Position numbers and translations under genes: made by a program. Below the pieces are notes generated by a model. That model saw nothing but the letters and a program-made list of their open reading frames with translations, had not been told where the DNA came from and searched no databases. A stretch of 55,715 bases of DNA, counting the filler, from Moniliella sp. 'wahieum' (taxonomy: Eukaryota), in the NCBI GenBank assembly GCA_003971905.1. It is 3 parts of 3 records of this genome, joined end to end, with 100 filler letters (N's around TTAATTAATTAA, not from the genome) between each part and the next. Parts side by side here need not be neighbours in the genome. Positions count along the whole stretch, not along the records: positions 1 to 14,917 come from RSEE01000203.1; 2 more parts are not named here. One strand, 5' to 3'. Shown one piece after another: positions 1 to 12,690 of the stretch (positions are counted from its first letter, which is position 1; each line of letters begins with the position of its first letter).

Positions 1-87
1 GGTTGTTTTGCTTGATGGGCGTGGCGGAGCTTGGGGCCGCTGGCTCGCCCTCCATGGAACGATTCACGATAGACGGTTCTTTTGGCG

Positions 88-2957
88 TTACTCCCTCGTC
101 GGCGGTCGGGTCTCCGTAGAGGAAGATCCCGCACGCTGCCGGCGCGTCACGCGCAGCGTCGGCGATCGCAGTGGCCGTCAGGGAGTGGGTCGGGTCCGAT
201 GCGTAGCCCCGCGCGCCCTTGTCCGGCACAGCCCACCCGGCCGCAACCAGGTCGCGGTTGATGCTCTGAGCAGGGTCGAGGATGCGCTCGTCATTGGGAT
301 CAAGAGAACCACATGCAAAAGCCCCGAAGACGAAGCTGGCACCGCCGCCGCCTTGCCGCCCCACGCCTTCTTCGCAGGACCGCCTTCGCGATGGACAATG
401 CGCGCGAGCAATTGCGGTCCTCGACTGCCTGGCGGAACGCCCAAATCGCATCCGCCGCATCCTCCCCAGGCGTGTCCCACAGCTGGGCAAAGGCCAAGCG
501 CGCCTCGGATGCCTGGGCTGGGAAGACGGGTTCGGCCAAAGCGCGAGTCCAAAGCACGGATGGCCGAAGGGGAACCTCGGTCACCGTACCCGATCAGCCA
601 AGTGAACCTTCACCCCCTTTTGCCCCGGGCTCGGCTTCTGCACCACTGCCCGCACCCATTCGCCTCCCTGCTGCGCCGCCACCCAATCCCCTGGCCCGGC
701 TTGGGTGGCTACCACGGGGGGCAGCCTGGGTCGAAGCGAGGGACAACTCGGCAACCAGCTGTTCCAGTTCCGAGGCGGCTGACAAGAGCTGGACGCTGAA
801 GCAAATCGTTCTCTTCTCCCCCATCGCCTCGAATGTTGGTAACGCGTACCTCGGCGTACTCGGCCTGCGGCTTGGTGGGGGCGGGGCGGCAGCGGCGGCC
901 GCCGCGCTGCGCCTCTTCTTTCCAGATTCCCTTGCCCTCAGCCTTAGCTTCCTCTTCAGCAGCATACAGCTCATTGACAAAGTCCAAACGTCGCCGTGGA
1001 ATGCACTTCGGCGAACCTTGCCGGACAAGGTCAAGGGCATAGTTGTCATTGTGCGACAGGTAAAGAACACCAATAAACGCACCAGTCCGATCGGTAGCAT
1101 GGACCTCAAATGTAACATCCGCTGGGAGAGATGAAGTTGAGCATAATGCAATCCTCCGCTGCGCCGGGGGGTCCCGCTCACAGAGCCCTGGCGCGCAGTG
1201 CGAGGCGCACGGACACCAGCCAAAACGAGTGTCAAACGCAACATTTTCCCGAGGGACGTACACCCCACCCGGGTGGGCTAGCCACGTGCTCCACCACACC
1301 TTCCAGCTTACCAGCCCGCTTGAAGCCACTGAGGAAGGTGTTGGCCCGCGCGGCAGTCTCACTGGCTTCGGCCACACGGGGCTGGAGCTTGGCCTGGCCA
1401 GAGTGGAGGCCCTTATGTGCGGCGAGCGCGGTGGCCTCGGCCGTGACCAGATCCGTGTAACCCGCCGCCACATCCTCGTCGTCCTTGCGGTGCCGGTGGA
1501 TTAGCAGCAACCCCTGCGCCACCAACTGTTCCCCAGCGAGGCCGAGAACCTTTCTTCTGTTCAAGCTAAACACAGTACCGCACACTTTCTCCCCATACTC
1601 GCCATCTCGCGGTTTGATGTAGTCCACCACGACCCGCACAGGCTTGCAATCGTCTTGGAACGCAACCACTCCGCGCCCTGCGGCGTACCCTGCAGCTGCT
1701 CATCTTTAGCTTGCGGCGCACGAAGCGAAGCAAAAAAGATGCGCTGCTCGGCGCCCCCATCACTGGGCGCAATCAAAAGCGAATCGGGAGAAACAACACG
1801 AACGACGGTTCCTTCCAATACACTTCCTTTGCTCAGCACCCGGCCATTGATCTTGATCCCGGCCCCGGACGAAGTGTTGGTGGGTGCCGCACGAGAGGGA
1901 GGGAGTGGTCAGGTTGGCCCAAAGACCACGGCGTGCTCTTTAGCCACCCGTTTCGGCGGCACGGTACTGCTCCATCTTGCCTGGGAAGCCCGCATTAACG
2001 ACACCGGCATGCCAGTCGATGACCTTGCCAAGCCAGCGGCAAGGAGGAACTGAGCAATGTCGCCGGCAGGGTGAAGAACCGTTCCGATAAGGTGTGACGC
2101 CGCTTGCGGAGGTTCCTCCGCCGCCGTCTTTCCATTCCCAGCCAAGAGGGTGCTCATCGCAGGTGCAGCGGATGCGTTGGGCGGGAGCGAAAGAAGACGA
2201 ACTTTGACGGTCCGCTGGAGAAGCTTGTCCTCGACAAAGCGCGCGGCCTCTTTTCCCAAAGCCTCGTTCGTCGCATCGTCCGGTGAAGCGAGTTGTAGCG
2301 TGGCGCACGCGCACCAGCAAGTCCCAGGTTGAGCATCTGGTGTTCCTGCGGCGAGAGCAGCAGCCGCACACGCAGCATCGACCCGTCCTTGACCTGCTCA
2401 ACCACCGCATCGATCAACTCGTCCTTGTGAGCAGTAAAGAAAGGCAGCGTTGGCGCCGGCATGTCGCGCTGCCATTGGGACGGGGGAGGGATGGGCGCCC
2501 AGAGTCCGCGAGCAGCCTGCTGGGCCTGGCTCTGAGCATTGCGCAGCGGCTCGCGCCATGCATCTTCCGCGGAAGCGGCGGGCGTGCGACCTTCGTGAAC
2601 CCGGGCAGCTCCCTGCGTAATCAACTCAACAGCCACGTTGCGGTCCGGCTGTCCAGCCGCAACCGGCGGCAGAAACACATGCGCATACTCCCGCGGGCCC
2701 GAACCGTCGGGGCCGGCAGAGGGGACAGTGTAGGCGGGGCGCCAGCGCACAGGTTGCCCACCGCAAGGACACGGAGGGCCTCGCGGGCAGCATACGCGCC
2801 AGGCTCGTCGGGGGATCACGCGAACCGAGACGCGGTGCTTGGATGCCGGCGACGTGGAGCATAACGGGCGGAGTGTCGGGTGCCGCGCCGGCAGGAAGGA
2901 CAAGGAGCGTGTCGCCGCTAGGGACGCTGCGCACCGTCCCGGGAAGAGGGCAACCAT
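88..2957 (-). CDS. SND1: Staphylococcal nuclease domain-containing protein 1 (Tudor-SN), frameshifted by sequence errors
   Basis: Successive minus-strand fragments give SNase repeats (GTVRSVPSGDTL, AVVEQVKDGSMLRVRL, EAARFVEDKLLQRTVKVRL, GTVVRVVSPDSL, VRVVVDYIKPRDGEY, LPADVTFEVHATDRTGAFIGVL), then a Tudor/SN5 region ending GIFLYGDPTADE. ATG at 2957. Confidence 0.9.
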
Positions 2958-3216
2958 GATGGAAGATCTGGCGGTGGTGGTGAGAAGGGAGGGGGATGGA
3001 GGCGGGGGGGGAGGGGGAGAAGGAGTGAAGGAAGTGGTGGTGTGGGGGGGGGGCGGGCTGCATCTGGCGCTGGATGGATCAACCGTGGATCCATCCATCG
3101 CACCTGCTCCACCTACACTGGCCCCATGCCCCGGCGGCACCACACGACGCGGGTTCCGCGCCATTCCGCGCGGTGCCACGTGGGCGCTGCGCAGAGCAGC
3201 GGCAAGTGGGGCGACG

Positions 3217-3240
3217 TGACGCGTGACGCGTGAGATCTGA
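3217..3240. promoter_or_regulatory. TNA-palindrome array TGA-CGCG-TGA-CGCG-TGA-GATC-TGA upstream of SND1
   Basis: Read directly, about 260 bp 5' of the SND1 ATG. The regulatory role is inferred from position only. Confidence 0.5.
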
Positions 3241-3718
3241 GAAGAAATGGGATGGGGCGTGTGCTGGACAGGGCGAGCTATCATAGGTGTGGCAGCTATG
3301 GCTGCTACGTCCGCTTGGTTCCCTGTGGCGCAGATTGATCATTCGTGCGGTCCCGAACGCAGCATTCGACACGCTCCGTCCGACCCGCCTCCAGAGGCGG
3401 CGCGAGGCAATGCGCATGCTCTGCGAGAAGAAGTGGTGGTGGATCCTACCAGCAAGAAGTGCATTGGGCCATCCTGGTGCGCGCACAACACGCTATCCAC
3501 GGTGCAGGGGTGACCGGTGATGGCCCAGAGAGAAACGTGCGAAGAGTCTTCAGGGTTACAGAACAGATGGCCATCCCGTCGTCAGGCAATGGTGCCATAC
3601 TGTCGTTTCCAGTCAGCCATCCCGTCTCGCCACAGCAGCCCTTGCGAAGCGCTTCACTGTGTCCGCAGCAAGAGCAACAAACAGATCAAACAGAACAGAA
3701 AAAAGACATACCGTCGAG

Positions 3719-4100
3719 CTATTGCCCAATGTCGTCGTGACGGGCTTGCCGTTGGTCGTCGACGATGCAGGCGACGCAGGCGACGCGGTGAGACGAGTGG
3801 AGATGCTGGGTGCCGGCTGGAGCGCGGGCTGCCCATGCTGAGACGGGTGGAGCGCGGCGAACGCACAATTGTGGGCAACAACGGTTCATACTTGCCCCGG
3901 CGGTAGACAAAGCCGTGCGGGCCGTATCGCTCGCACGCCTGCGTGTAGAGCCAGACAACATAGAGCGCCCATACGTGGCCCACAAGGGGCACAATGCTGG
4001 CCAAGGTAGACCAGGTCCAGACGCCGCGCACCCAACCTACCCCCGCCGGGGGGCAGATAAGCGCAACCAAATAAAGCAGGACGGCTTGCCGCGTCACCAT
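3719..4100 (-). CDS. Pmp3/UPF0057-family small membrane proteolipid with C-terminal extension
   Basis: MVTRQAVLLYLVALICPPAGVGWVRG...PLVGHVWALYVV matches the Pmp3 pattern (AILxPPxGV...PGxIHAxY). Confidence 0.65.
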
Positions 4101-4674
4101 GACGGGTATGATGGCGATGCAGGGGCAGGGAAGCGGCGGTGGGGGTGGGGGTGGTGGGAGGGGAGAAGGATAAGCGGGAGGGGCAGGAGAGTTGGCCATC
4201 AATTACGCTTCACAGCCCCTTGGCTTTGATCGATCATACTGCGCCAACTCAGACTGCCCCCGCCGGGTGGCCGGCGGCCCATAGCCCCTGGCTCGCAATC
4301 AAGGCGTGTGCATTGCAGTGCTGTCAGGCTCACTCGTAGCCACCGGGCAACCTGGGTCGTCATGTAATGTCTTCCACGTAGCGAACCTGCTTTGGGGAGG
4401 GGATCGCTAGGCCTATGCTTGAAACTCAGATACACCCGCCACGGTTTGGCGCGAGGTCCCGTCTCACGAACACCTACACCCTTCCAGCCAAACAGGCCCC
4501 AGACCCCTCAGTGTGCTCGGCGGCACTTCATCTACCTCCCTTTCATACACAACCGGCTACCATATCGCAGCCATGTTCAGCATTTACCCTTCGTTGTGCA
4601 CTGGATATAAACGTTCGACAACAGATAAATACGTGTGCCCCGTTGATGATGCAGATCATGATTGACCGTTTTGG

Positions 4675-7080
4675 TCAAGCCGGTAAGGATGATGTAAAAT
4701 TATGTGCGTCGTACAGCGGTGGCGCGTTTGACGCTATAGCCGGCAGCGAGTGGTCGGGAACAAGCCTAGGGGCGGAGGCTTGCAGACTTGGCGAAGCACG
4801 CGCTTGATTGTTCTCCTCGCCCGTCAAACCCGGGTTGTTTTCCTCGGACGATAACCTGAGGCGATGCGCCCAGTCAGATGGCAACTCTCCCGGCTTGCCT
4901 TCGGAATAATCCTCGGCAATCACTGGAGTAGGAGTAAATAAAAGTGCTTGTTGCTGGGCCTTGAGCTCCTCGAGAGAAAGCCCACACACACACCGCGCAT
5001 GCTCATCTTTCCCATGCGGATTCAGTTGGGGTCGAGCCTCGACGCCCTCAAGAGGATCTGAGCGAGTGTAAAGAGGGAGAGTGACCGCGTTGTACGCCAC
5101 ACAACAGGAGGGGATCACCACAGCTTGCCGGAGCGCGAAAACCTTGATTTTGCCCTCGCCTTCGGCAAGTTCGGAAGGTGCGCCCTCAGCGCCCGTAGTC
5201 CCTTGGCGGCAATGGACGATTTCCACCAACAGGGAATGCGTGAACCGGATCGAAGCGCGCGACCCAGGCATGGTGGTCGGCCGGATCGCATTGTCATCGG
5301 GCAGGCGGACGGTGGCCTCAAGACCCCATGGCTGGTGGGAACCAGGCATGCGGATCGGGCCTTGGGCCTCGTCGCCCTCCTCGGGCTTGGTACTGCCCGG
5401 CTTGGGTGGGACCCCCTTGTTCAAAGAGGCGATGTCGCTGGACGGGTGCACGTTGCTTCCCCCTCCGTCGCGTCGTGAGATCAATTGTCGTTTCCAGTGT
5501 GACGCGACACAAGTAAACAGCGAGGTCAGGGGGGCTGAGGCGACTGGACCTCGATGTGCAGCACGCCTCCGACAGAGACTGAGGTGGAGGTGAGAGAGAA
5601 GATAGCAACCCCACAGTCGGGTGCAGGTCGTGGTACAAGATCGAGAGGGGTGTGGCGAAGAAATGCTCAGGGTTGGGAATGACAATGGGATACACCTCTG
5701 CCACATCTTCTACGTTCGATCGGGCCCGACCGCCACCGACAACAGTCGCCTTGATGGTCCACTTCACGCGACCAAACGGACTGCGTTCATAAGGTGGAGC
5801 GTCCGACGGCATAATAAACGAAAATTCAAAGCTACTCACGTCAAAAAAAGGTTAGAACCAGATGGAGAGGGAACATCAAGAGAGGGAATGGTAACGTACG
5901 CATGCTCCCCCTTAACGAGCAAGATTCCTTCACCTTCCTCGTCCGAGCCCGAGTCCGAAGTGTAATCATTCTCGCGCGTCATTGAATTGTCGCGTGCAAC
6001 CCACGTCAAATCGAGAGAAGGTCGAGGTAAAGACGAATGACGCACGCCCGACCGGCCTGTCTCACTCCGACCGCGCTGCGACAAAAACACGTTCGACCTC
6101 CCGTCTTCTCCACCACGGGGGAAGAAAGACCTCTGCGTAACCTGTTGATCGACAGCGACCGCACCCCTGCAGAAGCCGAACGGATGAGAGATGAAGGTGG
6201 GTCGGAGGGTGGATCCGACACCGGAACAGAGGGACGCTCAAGGGGAGGCTCAGGATTGGTAGGTGGTGTCAGCACAGCCGAAGGAGGGCGGGAAAATCGA
6301 GAGGAAGGGCTGCTTGTACGAGAGAAAGACAGTCCTGTTGTGGCAGGCCGCACAACCGCAGATCGGCCACGAGAACGGGAACGGGACCGGAGCTCAGGGT
6401 TATCATCGGGCGAGCGCGGGCGGGAACTATGCCCACTGCTGAGCGCTGACCGGCCGCGTGGCTCACCATCTGACTCGAGCTCGGCGACGTCGCCCAGCAC
6501 CACACCACGTGAGCGCGAGCGCGACGCATGGACAAGCGAACGGAAAGAGTTGCGGGGTCGGCGGTCGGTGCTGGAGCTGGGCCGCCCGCGGCCGGCCAGA
6601 GGCGGGGCAGATGGAGGGTGGAGGGAGAGTGCAAATCGGCGTAGGATGGCGTCTGGGAGCGGGAGCGGGAACGAGAGCGACGAGAGGACGCCGGGTGTGG
6701 GAGCGAGAGCGCCGTTGGTTTGGGGTGGACGACGCAAGCGCAGTGCCACTGCTGGTGGGGAAGGTGAGCACGCGATCAAAGGCCGCCGTCTGCTCCCAGC
6801 TGACCGCACTGTGGCTGCGGCCGAGTCGAGGATGACACGACCTGGTCCGCACGCAGACGCACGCGCACCTGCGCCACGATCCGGTCCGACGGCACGCTCA
6901 CCTCCACCACGCCACGCACCAGCTCGGCGTCGGACGCAGCGGGCGGGCTGCCGGTAAGATAGGCCCAGTCGGGCTCGTCGCCAGGGCCAGCTGGGTGGCG
7001 GCGGGAAGGGGGCTAAGGAAGATGGCGTTCTGGAGCACACGTACGCGCACGTCACATGCCTGCAGAAGCGCCGACAGCAT
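4675..7080 (-). CDS. Arrestin-like (ART) adaptor with Ser/Arg-rich insert, spliced and frameshifted
   Basis: N-terminus MLSALLQACDVRVRVLQNAIFLSP; FEFSFIMPSDAPPYERSPFGRVKWTIKATV; IRFTHSLLVEIV; PY-like motifs LPLY and PPLY near the C-terminus. Confidence 0.7.
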
Positions 7081-7213
7081 CGCCGCCGAGCGCAGCGCGG
7101 ATGCGGATGACGATGATGGGGGGGGGGGGGCGCGGGCTCTGTGTTGGTGGCGGCGGCAACGCCTGAAAACGGCGGGAGTGCGTAGGGATTTTGAAACCGA
7201 TATTCAGCACGAG

Positions 7214-7252
7214 TGACTAATGACCGGTGACCGGTGAGTGAGTACGTACTCA
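7214..7252. promoter_or_regulatory. TGA-CCGG-TGA-CCGG-TGA array plus 14-bp palindrome TGAGTACGTACTCA upstream of the arrestin gene
   Basis: Read directly, about 140 bp 5' of the ATG at 7080. Confidence 0.45.
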
Positions 7253-8475
7253 GGACGCGCTGCATCGATCCCCGACCAGATATCTGATCGACAGTGGCGG
7301 TGGACACCCTTCGCGGGCACCTGGCCTGTGCCCGCCATCGCTCACCCACCGGTGACGGTCCCTGTGGATGGCCAACCATTTTGACGGCGGGCAGAATTGC
7401 GTCATCGCTCCCAGTCCCCTCCCAGCCTTCTTGCCACACTTCCGCCAACGACGGCATCGCCGCGGTCCTGCCTCCGCTGCCCGACGGCAATGCACGCAAT
7501 GCGTCTTCGCGGCTGTTGATTCAATCGCTCTCACCTGAGCTGAACCTCCTTCCATCTCGCACTGCTGAGAAGAGCACATCAGTGCATCTCATCTGGGGGT
7601 CAGACCCCCCGCACCCGCACCTGCCCCCTGCGTGTTGGACCTGACATCACAGGGCTTCCCTGGTAACCGGTAACCGTCGACCTGGATTTCTAACCCGGGT
7701 CACCAGCATCTCTTTATAGACGAGAATCAATCATTGGGTTATTGGACGGGTTGAGCGCGTGGAGAAATACTCATTACACTCGTATGTCGTAACGAAAAAA
7801 GGTGTGGTCGTGGTAAAAGGGTGTGGGACACGCGTCTCAGTCGTGCACTAATCCCCCTTTGTGGCTGCGATGAATTTTCATGCCATTGACGATACATGAG
7901 AGGTGGTCGCCTGAGCGAGTCCGTCATTGTCCCACAGTTGTAGGCATTACCGATACACGCCTCTCATCATACGCGCAGAGCGGCCCTAGCGAAGACCGTT
8001 GTTTTTTCTACAGTGCGTGAAAGATGCTTTGAATATCATTCAGAGCTTTCCTTAAAGCGCCAACCACACTTCCGCGGGGCCTTTTCTCCCCTCATTCTAT
8101 TCACCTATCAATGAAGACCAGGATCTTGATCTAACCACGATAAGCACAGGATGGCAGTGTTGGCGTGATGGCAAAATACGCTGGTATGCCAGCTTTTCGT
8201 AATCTCTTGTCCGACTCTCTCCCCTCTGTATCCTTCCTCTGTCGAGAAGTGTCTTCTTGAAATAGAACAACCGCCTCTCCCTCATTTCCTTCGTCTTCCA
8301 CAGGCAGACAACAGAAATAGAGAGATGGACCCAAAAACGCGCTTCCTTCGCTGAATATATATAAGGATCTACGATTCATAACGTCGGTTACACTTCAAGC
8401 CGCAGTTACTCTTTAAGTAGCGCTTCATCTTCGCCAGTTAGGACTTAGGAATCAGTCTCAGTCCTGAGGACTACT

Positions 8476-8533
8476 GTAGTGACTAGTTATCGATTATCAC
8501 TGATGTAGTGACTAGTTATCGATTATCACTGAT
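8476..8533. repeat. Perfect 29-bp tandem duplication containing TGA-CTAG-TTA-TCGA-TTA
   Basis: GTAGTGACTAGTTATCGATTATCACTGAT at 8476-8504 and 8505-8533. Confidence 0.9.
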
Positions 8534-9366
8534 TAGTAGTGACTATATTAACTACTTAGTATATAACACGCAGGATGAACAGGTCGGTTTAGGCGCAGCG
8601 TTTCTTTGTCCCAGCCTTAAGCTCTGTCAATGATATAGGAGATGCAGTATGCTAACCAGTGACTAGTGACTATAGCCTTTCATAAGCGACTCATGAAAAA
8701 TGTGATTGGCTAACTTTGAACAGCTTGAAGCTTGAAGAGCTTGAAGGCACATGCATCACATGCAGTAGAACCAGAAAGAACGAATAGGGTGCAATCATGG
8801 GGGAGACACACGTTTCAAAAGCCTTAGGCCTTAAGCTTTAAAACATAAGGGAAAGATAAGACGAAATGGTGAGGACGCGGGCCGGAAAAAGTCATACATG
8901 CCCGGACCTGCTCCGATCCCCGGTTATACGTATGGGGAGCGATAGATAACAGTGACTAGTGACTAGTGACCTAGTAATAAGGATATTAGTAACTAGTAAA
9001 CAGTAAATAGGGGGGCAATCATGTTAATCACCACAGGCAACCGTAAAACTCCATGTTTGCTCATTATGCATTACGAGGGGACCACCGGGCCTAGTACGGC
9101 CCGCACTGGGTACCTTATTTTGAGGAGGTGATTTACCGGAGTCTGTTGTATTTTGCAGGTCTCCTGGGGCTTCGCCTGAACATGTCTCTCCATGTTGATC
9201 CGAAGGTCCCCGGCCATTTCTCCCCCTCGTCCACTGTCCCTAGTCAGATATTCACGTGAAGCACTGCATAACTCCGTCGATTTTCTCTATGAAAATGACG
9301 TTTTTCGTCTCAGAATTGCAGAGGTTGCAAAATGTCAGGCACCACAGTGTGTAAGTGCGAAAATGT

Positions 9367-9526
9367 GGCGCCTGACAGATGGTGACCTCTGACAGTTTGG
9401 GCGCGGGGCCTGTGTGCTGGAATGCATCAGAGTTTACGCTGGCCCGTCTGAAACGTGCGGAGGGCGAAGGGAGGTGCCTGACGGTTGGTGACCTCTGACA
9501 GTTTGGGTGCGGGGCCAGTGTCCTGG
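9367..9526. repeat. 54-bp imperfect direct repeat, copies offset by 106 bp
   Basis: 9367-9420 versus 9473-9526, sharing the core TGGTGACCTCTGACAGTTTGGG. Confidence 0.85.
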
Positions 9527-10467
9527 CGGTGCCAGCTCGAAAGGATCGGCATGGGGGCTACTTACTAATGAGCCCGCATGTGCCGCCCGCTAACACCGCA
9601 TGTGCCATGTGACATGTGACACACGCTAACGCCCCATGCGGCAACGGATGTGACAGGGTCCGAGGCGGGGAATGTTCCGTGCGGGGTGGAGCCAGAGTGC
9701 AACCGCGGTGGCATCATGCATCACCGGGATGGGGCATTGCATGTACGTGTGAGGGTGGGTTACAATGGGTGTGTGACATGCGACGCGCTGTGGACGCCGC
9801 GGTTTGGTGACGATGGTACGCCCGACAGGCGACCGCATCCACGTGCGTTACCGGGGAGCGTTGAATGTTGAACGCCGGGGCTGGCCTGGAGCTGCAAAAG
9901 CGTGACGCGCAATGCTTGCAGCTGCTGCCAAGATGCCGCGTGCCGGAGCGGGGTGGCGGCCTCCTGCGGAGGAGGACGCAGTGGCGCAGGGTGTGCGCTC
10001 AGGTACATCGTTGGCAGCGCGCTCCCGCACGTCCCTCAGGCCCCAGCGCTCAGTCTGAGCTGCCAGTGCTGAACGCCCAGCGCCCAGGCCTCAGGCCTTC
10101 AACGTTCAGGCCTTCGGTCCAGCTCGGTTGGGATTCACTGCAAAAGTGCGGCCCTGCTGTACTGCCGGGTGGGCCTGGGGGTGCAAATGCCAACTGTGTT
10201 TCGATGCATGCTGCAGATCAGGACAGTGCACACCAGTGCGCTGAGCTTGCCCTGAGCAAATATAGCCGGCCCTCCAACGCTGCTTGCGCCGTGTCCAGTC
10301 CCGACTCTGGGCTGTGGCCATCCGACCGCTGTCCACCGCTGTGCGCGCTGCCGGCGCAGCGCATCTGATGTTGGTGTGCGCAAACCATTAATCCAGCGCC
10401 GCCACCCCCCCCACCTCCACTCCCGCAGCCTGTCCCACCACCACCACCACTTCTTCCACCACCACTT

Positions 10468-11623
10468 TCACCCCACCACCACCCATGTCACCATGCATGG
10501 CCGTCTCGTGGTGAGCATCGTCCATATCCGTGCTTCAGTTGGCGCTAGCACACCTCTATGCGCGTTGCCCCTGATCGTGAGGCAGATGCAGCATCTGATG
10601 CATGCCTCCAACAGTGCTTGCTTACCGTTGGTAGCATGCCAAATGTGAGCCAGAACGGATGAGAGACGGCTGAGATATCGCCATTTTGGTCCCGCCGGCA
10701 TACGCCACCATCTCATCCCAGCATGCATCGATCCCAGCCGCTCCCGCTCAGGTGCACGCCTCATCCAAGCCTCCCGCCAGCGTACTCCCTCGCCTTCCAC
10801 CAGGGCAGGCCTACATCGACTACCATCTGCATCTGTCCACCAGCTGAAGCGATGGTGCACAGCAGGTCCAAACACGGGCAGGTGGGTGTTGATGGCGCCG
10901 CCGCTCCACCAGTTGTCGTCGGATGTCAGAGATCGTCGCGCCCCATCGTGCACTACAAGCAGGGCTTCCAGGGGAGGTAAGGCGCTCCAGGATTGGTCCA
11001 GCATTGAGGTCAGAACACGCCCCAACATCTGATGTTAGCTTGATTCGGATGAGGGTCTATGTTGACGGCGCCGGCACAGCACCAATCCTCATCAAACAAT
11101 AGATTGCATACATGCCCATCTTGCTTCAGAAGCAGGGCTTCCATGGGAGGTCGGGGGCACGCAGATTGGGCCCGGATTGGGGTCACACCACATGTGAACA
11201 TCAGAGGTTAGGTCCAAACAGCGGATGGTCGATGGTTGATGCTGCCGGCGTTCAACCAATTCTGGACGAATCAGGATCTGTAACGGTGTAGCGTAGCCCA
11301 GAATCAAGAGTTCAGAATGATGATGCGCTTTTGATTCGGTCCAGGATTGAGGTTACACCACATCCAATTACCTCAGGTGCGGTCCAGACGGCGCACGGTC
11401 CCAACAAACAGCGTCGGTGCCCCACCAATTTGGGACGAGTCAGAGCACGAGTGGTGGGGTAGCGTGCCCCAGGTAGTCCTCTTTCAGACGCGCACGCGTG
11501 GGGCGCAAGACGATGCACCACGATGGAGAACGGGCGTGTGGCGGTGGATGCGTTGGTGGTGGTGGCGGCTTGCTCGATTTGGTGGCGGCCGAGCCAATCT
11601 GACCGCGCAGGCTGCGCGTGCAT
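10468..11623 (-). CDS. Hypothetical protein with an internal repeat of about 55-60 aa (frameshifted)
   Basis: PPLEALLVVHDGARRSLTSDDNWWSGGAIN versus PPMEALLLKQDGHVCNLLFDEDWCCAGAVN; CGVTSILDRIKS / CGVTPIRAQS / RVLTSMLDQSWS. Confidence 0.4.
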
Positions 11624-12555
11624 CGGTGCAATTGCAAATGTTAATATTGTGAGCCAGCGGCGGATGAATGCACGGGCCAGGCGACGGATCTGGTTGGTTT
11701 CTTACCACGCCCCCCCCAACCCGGCTGGCTTTGCCCGCCCCCCAAGGTCTGTTGCCTCGTTTCACCCCTCGTTTTGAGCCTCCTTTCCCCCATTCGGTGC
11801 CTCCCGCGCCTCATCTGCCACACACCGGCCCTCTACTGACCCTCTCGCCTCTGTGTCTTCTGTCCAGCTTCTGGGTCTCTGCAGGTACTGCCCGCCACCC
11901 CGGCGCTCTTTCCCACGTCCCCCTGCCTCCCCACCCGTCCCAGCGCCGCGCTCCTGCCTCCCACCCCCGCCCAGGCCATCCCCGCCATTGACTCGGCCAC
12001 CACCGCCATTCATTCGGCCACCACCATCATTCATTCGGCCATCGCCACCGTCGGGTCGGGCAAGCGGAAGCATGGGATGGTGCAGGGGATGGTGCATGCC
12101 TGCTGGCCGTCCATGGTCACAGCCTCGCCTGCCCCCACCACTGCCGCGCTTGAGTTGGTTGTCTGGACGCTTGGCTTGGCCATCCGGATCCTCGTCTTGG
12201 CCATCTTCGTTCCAGGCTCGGCCATGCCAACGCATACCGTGCAGCGTGCCATGCCGTCCCGTTTGGACGCTCTGCCGGCCCATGTGCACTCGCTTGGCGA
12301 ACCTGCTGTCACCCTGCTTGGGATGCTCATCCCAACCGCCGTCTTGGCCATGTGCAACCTGAGCGCATCGGTACGCATCCCATCCCATTCCATCCCATGC
12401 CACCCTACCTCATTCTGACCCGCTCTTGCACCAGTGTTCTGCCTCTCATCCTTCCGCTCTCCCTCGTCATTGCCCCCATCCCAACGCTCGTCGGGCCATG
12501 CTCAAGCTCGAGTAGGCCATGTGCAAGTACCACGTCGTGCTCTGTCTGTTGCGTC

Positions 12556-12690
12556 CAAGCTTGCGCTCGCCATCAATCTTGTGCTCACCATGTCCAAGCC
12601 TGCGCTCTCTCCCCAAGCGTGTGCTCGCCACCAAGCCTGTGCTCATCATCTCCAAGCCTGTGCTCGCCATCTCCACGCCTCTGCTCCCCC
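12556..12690. repeat. Degenerate 18-21 bp minisatellite (CCAAGCCTGTGCTCGCCAT-like)
   Basis: About 6-7 recognisable copies in tandem. Confidence 0.7.

Noticed and set aside
8..7644. Long plus-strand ORFs overlapping SND1 and the arrestin gene (e.g. 313-1134, 6037-6957)
   Set aside because: Antisense shadows of GC-rich coding sequence with no recognisable motifs.
8476..9526. CRISPR-like repeats (29-bp and 54-bp repeats)
   Set aside because: Only two copies each, no spacer series, no cas genes, eukaryotic context.
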